Shown here in pieces: positions 33,340-42,246 of a stretch of DNA of 64,000 nt. Within the stretch, counting starts at the first letter, position 1. Every line of letters starts with the position of its first letter. The stretch spans positions 59,387 to 123,386 of the forward strand of contig CAVVNL010000003.1 in NCBI GenBank assembly GCA_963749565.1, given 5' to 3'. This DNA comes from an uncultured Acidobacteriota bacterium. Lineage in GTDB: Bacteria > Acidobacteriota > Vicinamibacteria > Vicinamibacterales > CAVVIG01. The notes beneath the pieces were generated by a model. It ran no database searches. It had not been told where the DNA came from and was given only the letters and a program-made list of their open reading frames with translations. A program made the translations under genes and the position numbers.

Positions 33340-33415
33340 GGCGCAGCAAGCCGACAAACAGGAGTCCAGCCAGGATCGTCGCCACCAGAAGCCATAGATG
33401 ATCTCCTGTCCGCCT

Positions 33416-33892
33416 TTATCCAACGGCGGCCGCTCCAGCCGCAGCTTCGTCGTGCTTCCAGAGCATGACCGTCAACCAGATGATGAAGACCCGTACGGGG
33501 AGCGGCAATGTCGACGGGAGATCCACGTCCGCTCGTCGCGTGAAGATCCCTTCTGGTGAAAGGGATCCGATACGTGTCGAGCCATCGAGCAGGATGAACT
33601 CCCGCCGCAACGCCGACGTGGCGCGAAGCGTGTACTGGCGGCCCGAGTGTTCGACGATGAGCAAACGGCGCAGCGAGCTCGGCTTCGTCGCACGCGCCAC
33701 GACGCCGGCGGTCGATTCGAGGACGAACGCGCCGCTCATCACGCCTTCGCGACGAGCGGTGTAGGTGACGCCTTGAACCGTGAGTTCCCCTTTGTCAGAC
33801 CACCACGACAGGTCTACCGCGTGCGCAACGGGCTCGGATCCGTCCAAGACCGAGAACGTCCAGGAGAACCGCTTCGGAATCATCTTCAACAT
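33416..33892 (-). CDS. Hypothetical protein (possibly tubby-C/LURP-like fold)
   Basis: ATG at 33892 with AGGAG RBS; beta-rich body with a hydrophobic C-terminal helix. Confidence 0.6.
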   Translation of the reverse strand: MLKMIPKRFSWTFSVLDGSEPVAHAVDLSWWSDKGELTVQGVTYTARREGVMSGAFVLESTAGVVARATKPSSLRRLLIVEHSGRQYTLRATSALRREFILLDGSTRIGSLSPEGIFTRRADVDLPSTLPLPVRVFIIWLTVMLWKHDEAAAGAAAVG

Positions 33893-33940
33893 GTCGGCTC
33901 CTTTTCTTGCACGGGCACTCTCACCGGTGGCGAGGAACAC

Positions 33941-34043
33941 TTATTCCTCGTCCCTGAGGAACACGTCCTCGATCTTGAGCCCGAACTCTTGGGCGATGCG
34001 GAACGCGAGGGGAAGCGACGGATTCGAACTTGCCGTTCTCCAC
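33941..34043 (-). pseudogene. C-terminal half of an XRE-family HTH regulator
   Basis: VENGKF(shift)PSLPLAFRIAQEFGLKIEDVF; the 5' half is missing. Confidence 0.65.
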
Positions 34044-34520
34044 AGGGAGGCCGGCGCCGTCGTCATCGCGCATCGCAACGCGAAGACGCGACTCGAACGG
34101 ATGCGCGATCCCAACACGGTGATTCCGGACGAGGCCGTGGACCGCTCGCGCACCATTCGCCTCGGCGGCACGACGGTGGAGCTAACCTACGCCGGTCTGA
34201 ATCACTCCGACAGCACGCTCGTCATGCGCCTGCCCAGCGAGCGCATCCTGTTCGCCGTCGACTTCCTGAACGGCGGCGCAATAGGCGGCCGCGGCTTCAT
34301 CGACTCCTACCCACTCGAGTGGGAGCAGAGCATCGAGCAGGTGTTGAAAATGGATTGGGACCGGCTGATCCCGGGACATCCCGGTCCTGGCGGCCGGCTC
34401 GGCACACGGAAGGACGCCGAAGACATGCTCGCCTTCCTCTGCTATGCCTCGGCGGAGGTGAAACCGCTGGCACAGGCAGGACAGTGCTGGGACGGCGGCG
34501 TCTGGGGCCGCGGATTCTAA
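34044..34520 (+). pseudogene. 5'-truncated metallo-beta-lactamase-fold hydrolase
   Basis: GAVVIAH..LGGTTVELTYAGLNHSD..ILFAVDF..DRLIPGH; lacks the HxHxDH N-terminus and abuts the HTH remnant. Confidence 0.7.
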
Positions 34521-34526
34521 GCCGCG

Positions 34527-34600
34527 CTACTTGACGTTCTGGAACAGCAGCGGCGCGAACTCGTGGAGCGCCCTCCCCCACGTCGCCACCGCGCGGTTCG
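34527..34600 (-). pseudogene. Esterase C-terminal remnant
   Basis: TWGRALHEFAPLLFQ resembles the HxWxTWRRxLxEFAPLLF ending of putative esterases. Confidence 0.45.
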
Positions 34601-34711
34601 GCTGATTGGCGCACGCTGACGTCATTATGGTTAACGCGCCATGTTGGCAGTGCGACCGTGAGCGAACGCGGCCAAGTACCCGCATCGCGCGTGCTCGTAC
34701 GTGATCACTCT

Positions 34712-35719
34712 CTAATCCTTGAGGAACCGGCGCGCAATCTCGACGTCGCACTTCTGGTTCGAGTGCGGCATGCCCGGACGATACTCGAGCCGTCCGGTCC
34801 ACTCGCCTAGCTGCGCGAGGTAGAGCGGATCCTCGACCGTCCCGGAGACGATCAGGCTCTTGCCGTCCTCGCTGAGGGTGAAGCGCTCGGTCAGCTTTTT
34901 CTGCGTGCTGCCCGGCACGTTCGTCGAGCTTCCCATTGGATGCTCGCTGAAGTTGGTGGTTTCGACGACGAGAGTCTTGCCCTCCCAGCGGCCGACCGAG
35001 TGCCCGTGCAGTGACGTCTGGCTGGCCGGTGGATGCGCACGGCCGTCGAGGTAGACGGTCCGGTCGGTGTCCATCCAGTCGGTCTTGATCAGCACGCGAT
35101 CCTTGTGCACCTCGATCGTCGTCGCGACAGGATAGAAGGTCACGAACGGAAGGCCGATCGGGACGCAGTCCTTCTGCGTCGTGGAGCGCGCATCCATCTT
35201 CGCGGACACCGCCTTCGCCGCGTCGGTGAGCACCCACTTCCGCGCCGAGCCCGTGAAGCCGCCGAAGCCCAGCGAGAACCAGGTCCCGGCGATGCTCGTG
35301 GCCGGCGTGGACACCGTGCCGTCGTAGACGCTGCGCGAGGAGATGTTCAGCGGCACGTACGCGCCGTCGCTCTTGACGAGATCGCGGCCGAGCAGGAGCT
35401 TCTCGGGCTCTCGGCGGCCCGGGTTGCCCGTAATGCTGACCACCTCGCCGACCTTGACCGAGTTGGCGTTGAACCCGAGCCCGTTCAGCACCGACGCGGC
35501 GCCCGCTTCGACTTCCATCGAGGTCACCGTGCCATCCGGTTTCTTCACGTCCAGCGTGAGGTAGACGTGCGGGTTGGCGAACCGGTACCTGGTGACGGTG
35601 CCCGTCACGGTCACCGTCTGCTGCGTGTTGAACGCCGCGGGGCTGTGGTGCGCCAGCACCGGCGCCGCGAGACCCAGTGTCACCAATGCGGCAAACGTGA
35701 ATCGAGCCATCGTGTTCAT
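34712..35719 (-). CDS. Secreted DUF6152 plus partner-domain fusion protein
   Basis: Signal peptide, AHHSPAAFN..ANPH..KVGEVVSITG; then IAGTW, DCVPIGLP, GHSVGRWEGKTLVVETT, LTERF, EDPLYL and QKCD. Confidence 0.85.
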   Translation of the reverse strand: MNTMARFTFAALVTLGLAAPVLAHHSPAAFNTQQTVTVTGTVTRYRFANPHVYLTLDVKKPDGTVTSMEVEAGAASVLNGLGFNANSVKVGEVVSITGNPGRREPEKLLLGRDLVKSDGAYVPLNISSRSVYDGTVSTPATSIAGTWFSLGFGGFTGSARKWVLTDAAKAVSAKMDARSTTQKDCVPIGLPFVTFYPVATTIEVHKDRVLIKTDWMDTDRTVYLDGRAHPPASQTSLHGHSVGRWEGKTLVVETTNFSEHPMGSSTNVPGSTQKKLTERFTLSEDGKSLIVSGTVEDPLYLAQLGEWTGRLEYRPGMPHSNQKCDVEIARRFLKD

Positions 35720-35791
35720 AGTCTGTCCCTTCATCCTTCCCGCCGCAGCCTCGGCGCTGTTGTCCTGATCCCTCTGACGAACTGGCGTCTC

Positions 35792-35836
35792 ATTATCGTC
35801 CGCGCTCGCGACAACGAGCCACAAAGATGCGTCAAA
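35792..35836 (-). promoter_or_regulatory. Conserved promoter element TTGACG-N4-TTTG plus GATAAT -10
   Basis: 38-nt offset between the element and the -10. Confidence 0.55.
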
Positions 35837-36041
35837 TTTTCCCAGGACCGGAGCGTCCCGTGCCGGGCGCACCGCGTGATGTAAACGATCGGCGCCAGGA
35901 GGCCACCATGAGGCGTCGATTCCACCGTCTGCCCTGCTATTCGTTCCTCGCGCTACCGCCTGCCGCGAAGCGGTTTAGTCCAATGTTTCCGATCGTCCGA
36001 GAACAGCACGCAGAGTCGAGCGGCATGCTGATCCACCCTTT

Positions 36042-36175
36042 GGTCCGGCTGAAGCCGGATCTTGCGTACTGTCTTTACAGGTCGATGATCCTGAACGCCT
36101 CGCGGATGCCGTCGAGTCGGGTCCGGCCGAACCTTCGGCCGGACCTCCCACGGTCCGCGTGAAGCGGACACGACG
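36042..36175. repeat. Cluster of degenerate REP-like palindromes (GTCCGG..CCGGAC family)
   Basis: GGTCCGGCTGAAGCCGGATC, GTCCGGCCGAACCTTCGGCCGGAC and GGTCCGCGTGAAGCGGACACGAC. Confidence 0.7.
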
Positions 36176-36189
36176 ACGTACCGTGTTGT

Positions 36190-38367
36190 CTACCGCGCCA
36201 ACGGATCTGGCCGGATCTGGAACTTCACCAGCTTGCCCTTCGTCCCCTTGCCCCCTTCGATATGCCACACGAAATGCGTGCCGTAGTTGGCATACAGCGC
36301 GCGTCCCTTCCATCCCGCGTTCGGGTCGTCGATGCGTCCGTCCATTCCGCGCGAATAGAAGCCCAGCGGATACGGCACCCGCAGCGTCGTCCACTGGCGT
36401 GTTTGGGGGTTCAGCGCGAGCAGCGAATCCGAATTCGATCCCGTGGCAAACGGCGTGTTGGCCCCCAGGCCGCTGATGTCGAACTGGTCCACCCAGTTGT
36501 AATAGTGGAAGTCGGCCGGAATGTCCGTGCCCTTCAACCTGGGGCCGGGCGTTTGATAAAGCGTCCAGCCTTCGGCGCAGCCGGTGCCTTCGCGATTCGC
36601 CGGACCAGTCAGGGACTTGCACTTCCGGCGATCGAAGCTGGCGAGATGGCTGCTCGCGGCAAGCGCGGTCCAGACGACGCCGTTGCGATCGATGTCGATG
36701 CCGCGGGGATCCAGCCCCGGATCCGGCACCTTGTAGACCTCGGCTTTGCACGTCGACGGCGGATTGCTGCCCCGGTCCACGCGCACGATGAAGCCGGGAT
36801 ACTGCTCGCTGGCGCCCCAGATCGCGTCATCCACGGGGCTCGGGATGACCGCGTACAGGTTGTACCTCACCTCGGTGTCGAGCGCCGCGTTGAACGCCGG
36901 CGGGGCCGTCTGTCCCCGTCCCGCGGCGACGTTCCAGGGCCTGGTAATCCGGCCGTCGCCGTTGGTGTCGAGCACCTGCCCGCACCAGCCCACGGCTTTC
37001 TGCTCGTCCTTCGTCTCGTCGTAGATCTTGGTGTCGATCCAGCCGACGATCGGCCCCGAGAGCTCGTTGAAATAGAGCGTTTCGTTGGCGTCGTTGTCGA
37101 ACTGCAGGTGGTGAGTCGCGTAGCAGGTGTCAATCAGCGTGAAGTTCGCCGTTTTCGGATCGTAGAACGACGCCTGCCGGTTGCTGTTGGTCAACGGGAA
37201 CCACTCCGCGAACTTGTTGGCTGGATCGCTACACCACTTGGCGTTCTCGTTCGGGCGGATCTTCGACGTCAACCACACGCGGCCCTTGGTGTCGAGCATC
37301 GGATTGTGAGGATCGGAGGGGACGTAAGGAGGAGCATTGGCCCACAAGTGCTCGTCACCCCAGAAGAGCGACGGCCGATTCGGCGGCGGAAAACGCGACG
37401 GGACCTCCGCCTTCGGCGCCCGGGTCGGGATTTCCAGCTCGTACGTACTGTGCTCTCTAGGATTCAGGATCGTCAGGAAGCCGTGCCCGGACGACACCGC
37501 ATAAATCGGCCCGCCCGCGTTGACTTGCGGGTTGGTCTTCGCCGTCGCGACCTCGTCGTGCATGTAGGACTTATCCGTGCCCCAGTCCCACAACGTGACC
37601 ACGACGTTGCGCTCCACGCCTGTCGGCCTGGGCGGCGCCGGCGGCACCTCGCCCTTGGCGACGCGCTCCGTCCAGTCCGCAAGGGCGCGCAGGGTTCGCG
37701 GCATGCCCATGCCGGTGGCCGTCCCATACATGCCGTTGCCCCGCACACCGGTTCCGAGCCGCCATTCCCACGCGTCCTGATGCGCCTTGATCTCGGGCTT
37801 GGCCTTCATGACGTGGTCGACGCTCCGGGTCAGGGCGTTCCCGAGCTGGTGGCAGAAGTTGCAGCCCGATTTGAGCTGGTAGACCCAGTTGTTCTGCGTG
37901 AGCATCCCGGGCGCGAGACCGTTACCCTTGGGACCGGTGCCGGGAAACTCGGTCTTCGCCGGCACCTCGAGCATCGAAAGCCAGTAGTCGCCCGGGTACA
38001 CCTTCGCCGCTTCCTGCGGCGTCCGCGCGGCCGTCGCGTTGAGCTTCACGCCCGTCGCGTCCGGCTTCAGCGTGAGCGGCTTCGAGTCCACCAGGCCGTA
38101 GCCGCGAACCCACACGCTATAGCTGGCGGCCGGCAGTTCAGGCAGAACAAAACGCCCTTGATCGTCGGTGACGACGATCTTGATCATTTTCGTGGGCAGT
38201 TCGTTCGTCTCCGCGATCACCCACACGCCGGCCTCGGGGCCTTGTGCGCCTTGCACCACTCCGCTGATGGCGCCGTTGTTTGCCGCCTGCCCCTGTACTG
38301 CGTTGCTGGGAAACGATACGAATCCGACACCGACGACGACCGCTAGAATATTGCGTAGGACTCGCAC
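36190..38367 (-). CDS. Secreted protein: carboxypeptidase-regulatory-like domain, c-type heme motif and beta-propeller
   Basis: GTG at 38367 after GAGGAGG; ISGVV..EAGVWVIAET..TDDQGRFVLPEL; CNFCH; PRGIDIDRNGVVW and YSRGMDGRIDD. Confidence 0.85.
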   Translation of the reverse strand: MRVLRNILAVVVGVGFVSFPSNAVQGQAANNGAISGVVQGAQGPEAGVWVIAETNELPTKMIKIVVTDDQGRFVLPELPAASYSVWVRGYGLVDSKPLTLKPDATGVKLNATAARTPQEAAKVYPGDYWLSMLEVPAKTEFPGTGPKGNGLAPGMLTQNNWVYQLKSGCNFCHQLGNALTRSVDHVMKAKPEIKAHQDAWEWRLGTGVRGNGMYGTATGMGMPRTLRALADWTERVAKGEVPPAPPRPTGVERNVVVTLWDWGTDKSYMHDEVATAKTNPQVNAGGPIYAVSSGHGFLTILNPREHSTYELEIPTRAPKAEVPSRFPPPNRPSLFWGDEHLWANAPPYVPSDPHNPMLDTKGRVWLTSKIRPNENAKWCSDPANKFAEWFPLTNSNRQASFYDPKTANFTLIDTCYATHHLQFDNDANETLYFNELSGPIVGWIDTKIYDETKDEQKAVGWCGQVLDTNGDGRITRPWNVAAGRGQTAPPAFNAALDTEVRYNLYAVIPSPVDDAIWGASEQYPGFIVRVDRGSNPPSTCKAEVYKVPDPGLDPRGIDIDRNGVVWTALAASSHLASFDRRKCKSLTGPANREGTGCAEGWTLYQTPGPRLKGTDIPADFHYYNWVDQFDISGLGANTPFATGSNSDSLLALNPQTRQWTTLRVPYPLGFYSRGMDGRIDDPNAGWKGRALYANYGTHFVWHIEGGKGTKGKLVKFQIRPDPLAR

Positions 38368-38380
38368 TTGGCTCCTCCTC

Positions 38381-38677
38381 TTACACGCGAACAATTGTAC
38401 AAGTGCGGATCGACATCGGCGCGCAGTCGTACTTGGGGGCGGCGATCTCGTCGAACGCGGCCTGGAAGCCCCGGGCCCTGCCTGTCAGCAACGGGTCGTC
38501 CGGTTCGATGATCATACAGTTGAAGCCGGTCCCATCCACGCACCGCCCCCAGCCCCAGACTCCGCTCAGATCCGGGATTCTGGACGCAGGGGGTTGTGAA
38601 GAACCGGACAGTCCGATGGCGAGCATCGCGATCGGAACCACGAGAACGACACTCGACGTAATGGCAGGTCGATTCAC
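38381..38677 (-). pseudogene. 3'-truncated secreted protein of the same family as 28644..29420
   Basis: Signal peptide, PDLSGVW..LTGRAR..PKYDCAPMSI, then an abrupt end. Confidence 0.55.
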
Positions 38678-38713
38678 GATCCCAGTCCTCCGGCAAGCGA
38701 CACCGAGGGTGAA

Positions 38714-40267
38714 TTATCTCGCGCTCAAGGTCTCGATCAACGCGATCGAGCTTGGTTTGGGCCTCGAGGGATGTGTGGCGAGGAAGACGCCCTCGGCCCA
38801 GACCATCGGCGTGCGCCCTTCCTTGTCCTTGACGTCGAGCTTCGCGCCCTTGTCCACCAGGAACCGGAGGATGTCGTCCGATCCCCTGTTGGCGGCGCCG
38901 TGGACCGCCGTCAGCCCCATCGAGTTGACGGCATTCACGTCCATCCCGAGCGAGTAGCAGAGCTCCACCGCTTCGAGCAACTTCTCGGCTCCCTCGTCGT
39001 AGGTCTGGTAGAAGACCCAGTTGACGCCCGCAGCGGCCATCAGGGCCGTGGTCCCCGCTACCGTCGGAATATGCGGGTCGGCGCCATGCGCGAGGAGCAG
39101 GCGCATCACGGTGACGTCGCCCGCCAGCGCCGCGGTCAGGAACGGCGTCTGACCGGTGAAGTCCACCCACGACAGCGAACCAACCCTCAGAAAGTGTCGT
39201 TTGAACGGCGGGACTTCCTTCGTTCTCACGTCGAGGTTGGCGCCCCGTTCGATCAGCACCTTGATCAGATCGAGAAACGGCTCGCGATCGATGCTGTTTT
39301 CCAGTGTGCCGGCGTCGAAGTCCTGATTGCGTGTTTCCACGGCCGACCACAGAGGCGTGCGGCCGTACCAATCGCTCGCGTGAATATCCGCCCCGCGGTC
39401 GATCAATAACAGGGCGACGTCGACATGATTATTGACGATCGCCGCGATCATCGGCGAGATACCGTTGGCATCGGCCTGGTTGATGTCCGCCCCGGCCTCG
39501 ACGAGCGTGCGCGCGATGTCGAGACGGCCGTCGCGCGCGGCATAGAGGAGCGGCGACAGCCCGCCTGGAATCGGGTTGCGCAACCCCCGCGCGGGCAATC
39601 CGCCCCGCACGATGCCGACCCCGTGTCCGAATCCCGGCACCGAATTCGGCAGGATCCACGACGGGGTGCCACCGACCCGGGTCGCCTCGTTCGGCTGCGC
39701 GCCATGGGCGAGCAGCAGTGTCACGATCTCGGGATGATTCTCCCGGACGGCCACCATCAGCGCGGTCTGCTGAAACGCCGGATCCCTGTCCTCGACCATC
39801 GCCCCGCGGTCGAGCAGCAACTTCACCGGGCCGCTGCTGCCCAGGCGCACCGCCGCCATCAGCGCGGTCTCCCCCGTCGGATCGGTGGAATTCGGATCGG
39901 CGCCCGCATCGAGCAGCAGCCGGATCATCGCCTCGTTACCGTTCGCGCAGGCGAGAAAGAGTGGCGTGATGCCGTATCGATTGGCGAGTGTGGCGTCTGC
40001 GCCGGCGCCGAGCAGCAGACGGGCGGTCGCGAGATCGTCCTCGCGCACCGACCAGTGCAACGCCGGCGTGCCATCCTTACCGAGCGCGTTGACATCCACT
40101 TTCTGCCCGAGCAGCACCCGGACGGCGGCACCGTCGTGCTTTCTCACCGCGTCCGCGAGCCGCGAATCGTTTTGCCCGGCCGCACTCACGCCGGGCACCG
40201 CCAGCAGCACGCCCACCAGCGACAAAATCGTTCTTGACCGACGGTTCCTCGTGGCTTTGCAGTTCAT
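38714..40267 (-). CDS. Secreted ankyrin-repeat protein
   Basis: Signal peptide; about ten G.TPL/TAL..A..G....LL..GAD repeats. Confidence 0.93.
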   Translation of the reverse strand: MNCKATRNRRSRTILSLVGVLLAVPGVSAAGQNDSRLADAVRKHDGAAVRVLLGQKVDVNALGKDGTPALHWSVREDDLATARLLLGAGADATLANRYGITPLFLACANGNEAMIRLLLDAGADPNSTDPTGETALMAAVRLGSSGPVKLLLDRGAMVEDRDPAFQQTALMVAVRENHPEIVTLLLAHGAQPNEATRVGGTPSWILPNSVPGFGHGVGIVRGGLPARGLRNPIPGGLSPLLYAARDGRLDIARTLVEAGADINQADANGISPMIAAIVNNHVDVALLLIDRGADIHASDWYGRTPLWSAVETRNQDFDAGTLENSIDREPFLDLIKVLIERGANLDVRTKEVPPFKRHFLRVGSLSWVDFTGQTPFLTAALAGDVTVMRLLLAHGADPHIPTVAGTTALMAAAGVNWVFYQTYDEGAEKLLEAVELCYSLGMDVNAVNSMGLTAVHGAANRGSDDILRFLVDKGAKLDVKDKEGRTPMVWAEGVFLATHPSRPKPSSIALIETLSAR

Positions 40268-40811
40268 TCTTGTCCTCCGAGCTGAGCACCTTTGAAGCTG
40301 CGCCCGGCGGCAGCCGCCGGGTAGCCGCTACCTGTGGTCGCCCTTTTCCCTGATTTCGCTGAACAGGCGCCGCATCCAGGGACTGTTTTCCTGGCAGATG
40401 TACTCCTCGACCACATTCGCATCCGAACTTCTCGGGTTGTGGCTGCGCCTTCGCTTTCCCGCCGGCCTGCTCGGGATAGTGCTGCGGGTCGCGGTTGCCC
40501 TCGAGGCACGCGAACTGGTACTGCTCGTAATCCTGCGCCATCCTGCGCCGCGATGCGCCGGAAGGTTTCTACGACCTTCCATGGTCCCGTGTACACCTTG
40601 GGGTCCTCGATGGTCGCCTCATAGCGGATCGTATTCGCGTCAGCGAGCGTGAAGCGTTCGACCACGTGGATGGCGTCGGAATGGATGTTTCCGGCCGTAT
40701 GAACTCCGCCGTGAACGAGTGATGGGCGAATGCCGGCCCACCGATCGACGCGGCCAGAAGCATCCCGACACCGACGATGAATGCAGCCGGTGTCGCAGAT
40801 GTTGTCTTCAC
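40264..40811 (-). pseudogene. Mosaic of DUF6152 and partner-domain remnants
   Basis: Signal peptide plus AHHSFTAEF; then HSDAIHVVERFT..IEDPKVYTGPW, YQFACLEGN and EEYICQEN in different frames. Confidence 0.7.
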
Positions 40812-40884
40812 TGAACTTTTCTCCTGTTGAGGTCCGCCCTCAACACAGACAGTACAGAGCCCCGACCCTCTCGGGTCGGCTTCT

Positions 40885-42204
40885 TCAGATCGTAATCATC
40901 CCGTTGCTATCGCCAAGCTTCGCCGTGGGGACGTCGAACTTATCGAGGATGGCGACCAGCAGATTGCCCATCGGCGTCTTGGTCGGATTCACAAGGTGCC
41001 GCCCGCCCTTCAGCCGGCCCGATGCGCCCCCGGCCAGAACGATCGGCAGGTCGGTGTGATTGTGCTGGTTCCCGTCGCTGATGCCGCTCCCCCACAGCAC
41101 CATCGAGTGATCCAGCAGCGTTCCGTCGCCATCGGGCGTGGCGCGCAGCTTCTCCAAGAAATAGGCAAACAGGGTGGTGTGGTAGGTGTTCAAGACCGCG
41201 AACCGGTCCTTGTTCTCCTGCACGTTCGAATGGTGCGACAGGATGTGGAACGCGTCCCGGATACCGCTCTTCGGATAGACGGCGTTGCTCAACTCCTTCG
41301 CCATCAGCAGGGTCGAGACGCGCGTGATGTCAGCCTGCCAGGCAATCGCCTGAAGGTCGAACATCAACTTCACGTGCGCTTCGACGTCCGTGGGCACGCC
41401 CGTGGGCGCGCTCGGGATGTCGAGATCGTCCGACAGCTGCTCGCCGACCTTCTGCACGCGCCGCTCGATTTCCCGCACATCGGTCAGGTACTGATCCATC
41501 CGGATCCGGTCGCCCGCGGGCAACTTCCGCTGGAGAGACGACGCCTCGGCCGTCACCGAGTCGAGCAGGCTCAGCGACTGCTGCCGCCGCACCGCCCGCT
41601 GGGTCGCGGTGTTCCCGTCGCCGAACAGCCGCTCGAACACGACCTGCGGGTTGTTCTGCATCGGCAGCGGCGACGTGGGCCCCTGCCACGAAATCGTGTC
41701 CCGGTACGAGCAGCTCAGGCCGTCGCCGCAGTTCACGGTCGCCTCTTCGATCATCAACTCGAGCGACGGCAGCGGCGTCTCCTGGCCGATCTTCTGCGCG
41801 ACGAGCTGGTCGAGCGTGACGCCGAGATGCGGCTTCGCGCCGGTCTGCGCATGCGCCGCGCTCAAGAACGACGCGGCCGATCGGTTGTGGTTGGCCGTGG
41901 CGCCGCTTCCGTACGCCTGCGCATGCTCGAGGCCGCTGATCACGTTGATCTGACTGTGGAACGGCTTGAGCGGCTGGAGGATTTCCGAGAGCTCGAAGCC
42001 GGCGCCCTCGGTCGCCGGCGTCCACTTGGGCATGATCGCGCCATGCGGGAAGTAGATGCAGCCGAGCCGGGTTCGCGCCGCCGCCGCCGTCTGGGCCAGC
42101 GCCGCCGCGGCGGGGAGCATCGATTCGAGGAACGGCAACGCCAGCGTAACGCCGGCGCCATGCAGGAACGTGCGACGCGACAGGTGCATTTTCGAGATGA
42201 ACAT
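40885..42204 (-). CDS. DUF1552 (HXXSHH) family protein
   Basis: LSRRTFL..GVTLALPFLESM, IYFPHG, NPQVVFERLFG, DITRVST, HILSHH and DGNQHNH. Confidence 0.93.
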   Translation of the reverse strand: MFISKMHLSRRTFLHGAGVTLALPFLESMLPAAAALAQTAAAARTRLGCIYFPHGAIMPKWTPATEGAGFELSEILQPLKPFHSQINVISGLEHAQAYGSGATANHNRSAASFLSAAHAQTGAKPHLGVTLDQLVAQKIGQETPLPSLELMIEEATVNCGDGLSCSYRDTISWQGPTSPLPMQNNPQVVFERLFGDGNTATQRAVRRQQSLSLLDSVTAEASSLQRKLPAGDRIRMDQYLTDVREIERRVQKVGEQLSDDLDIPSAPTGVPTDVEAHVKLMFDLQAIAWQADITRVSTLLMAKELSNAVYPKSGIRDAFHILSHHSNVQENKDRFAVLNTYHTTLFAYFLEKLRATPDGDGTLLDHSMVLWGSGISDGNQHNHTDLPIVLAGGASGRLKGGRHLVNPTKTPMGNLLVAILDKFDVPTAKLGDSNGMITI

Positions 42205-42246
42205 TGATGGCTCCTCTAAACTGTCACTCCCGGGTCCCGGGTCTCA

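Noticed and set aside
36042-36175. CRISPR-like array
   Set aside because: The palindromes are dissimilar and irregularly spaced and there are no cas genes; they are REP-like.
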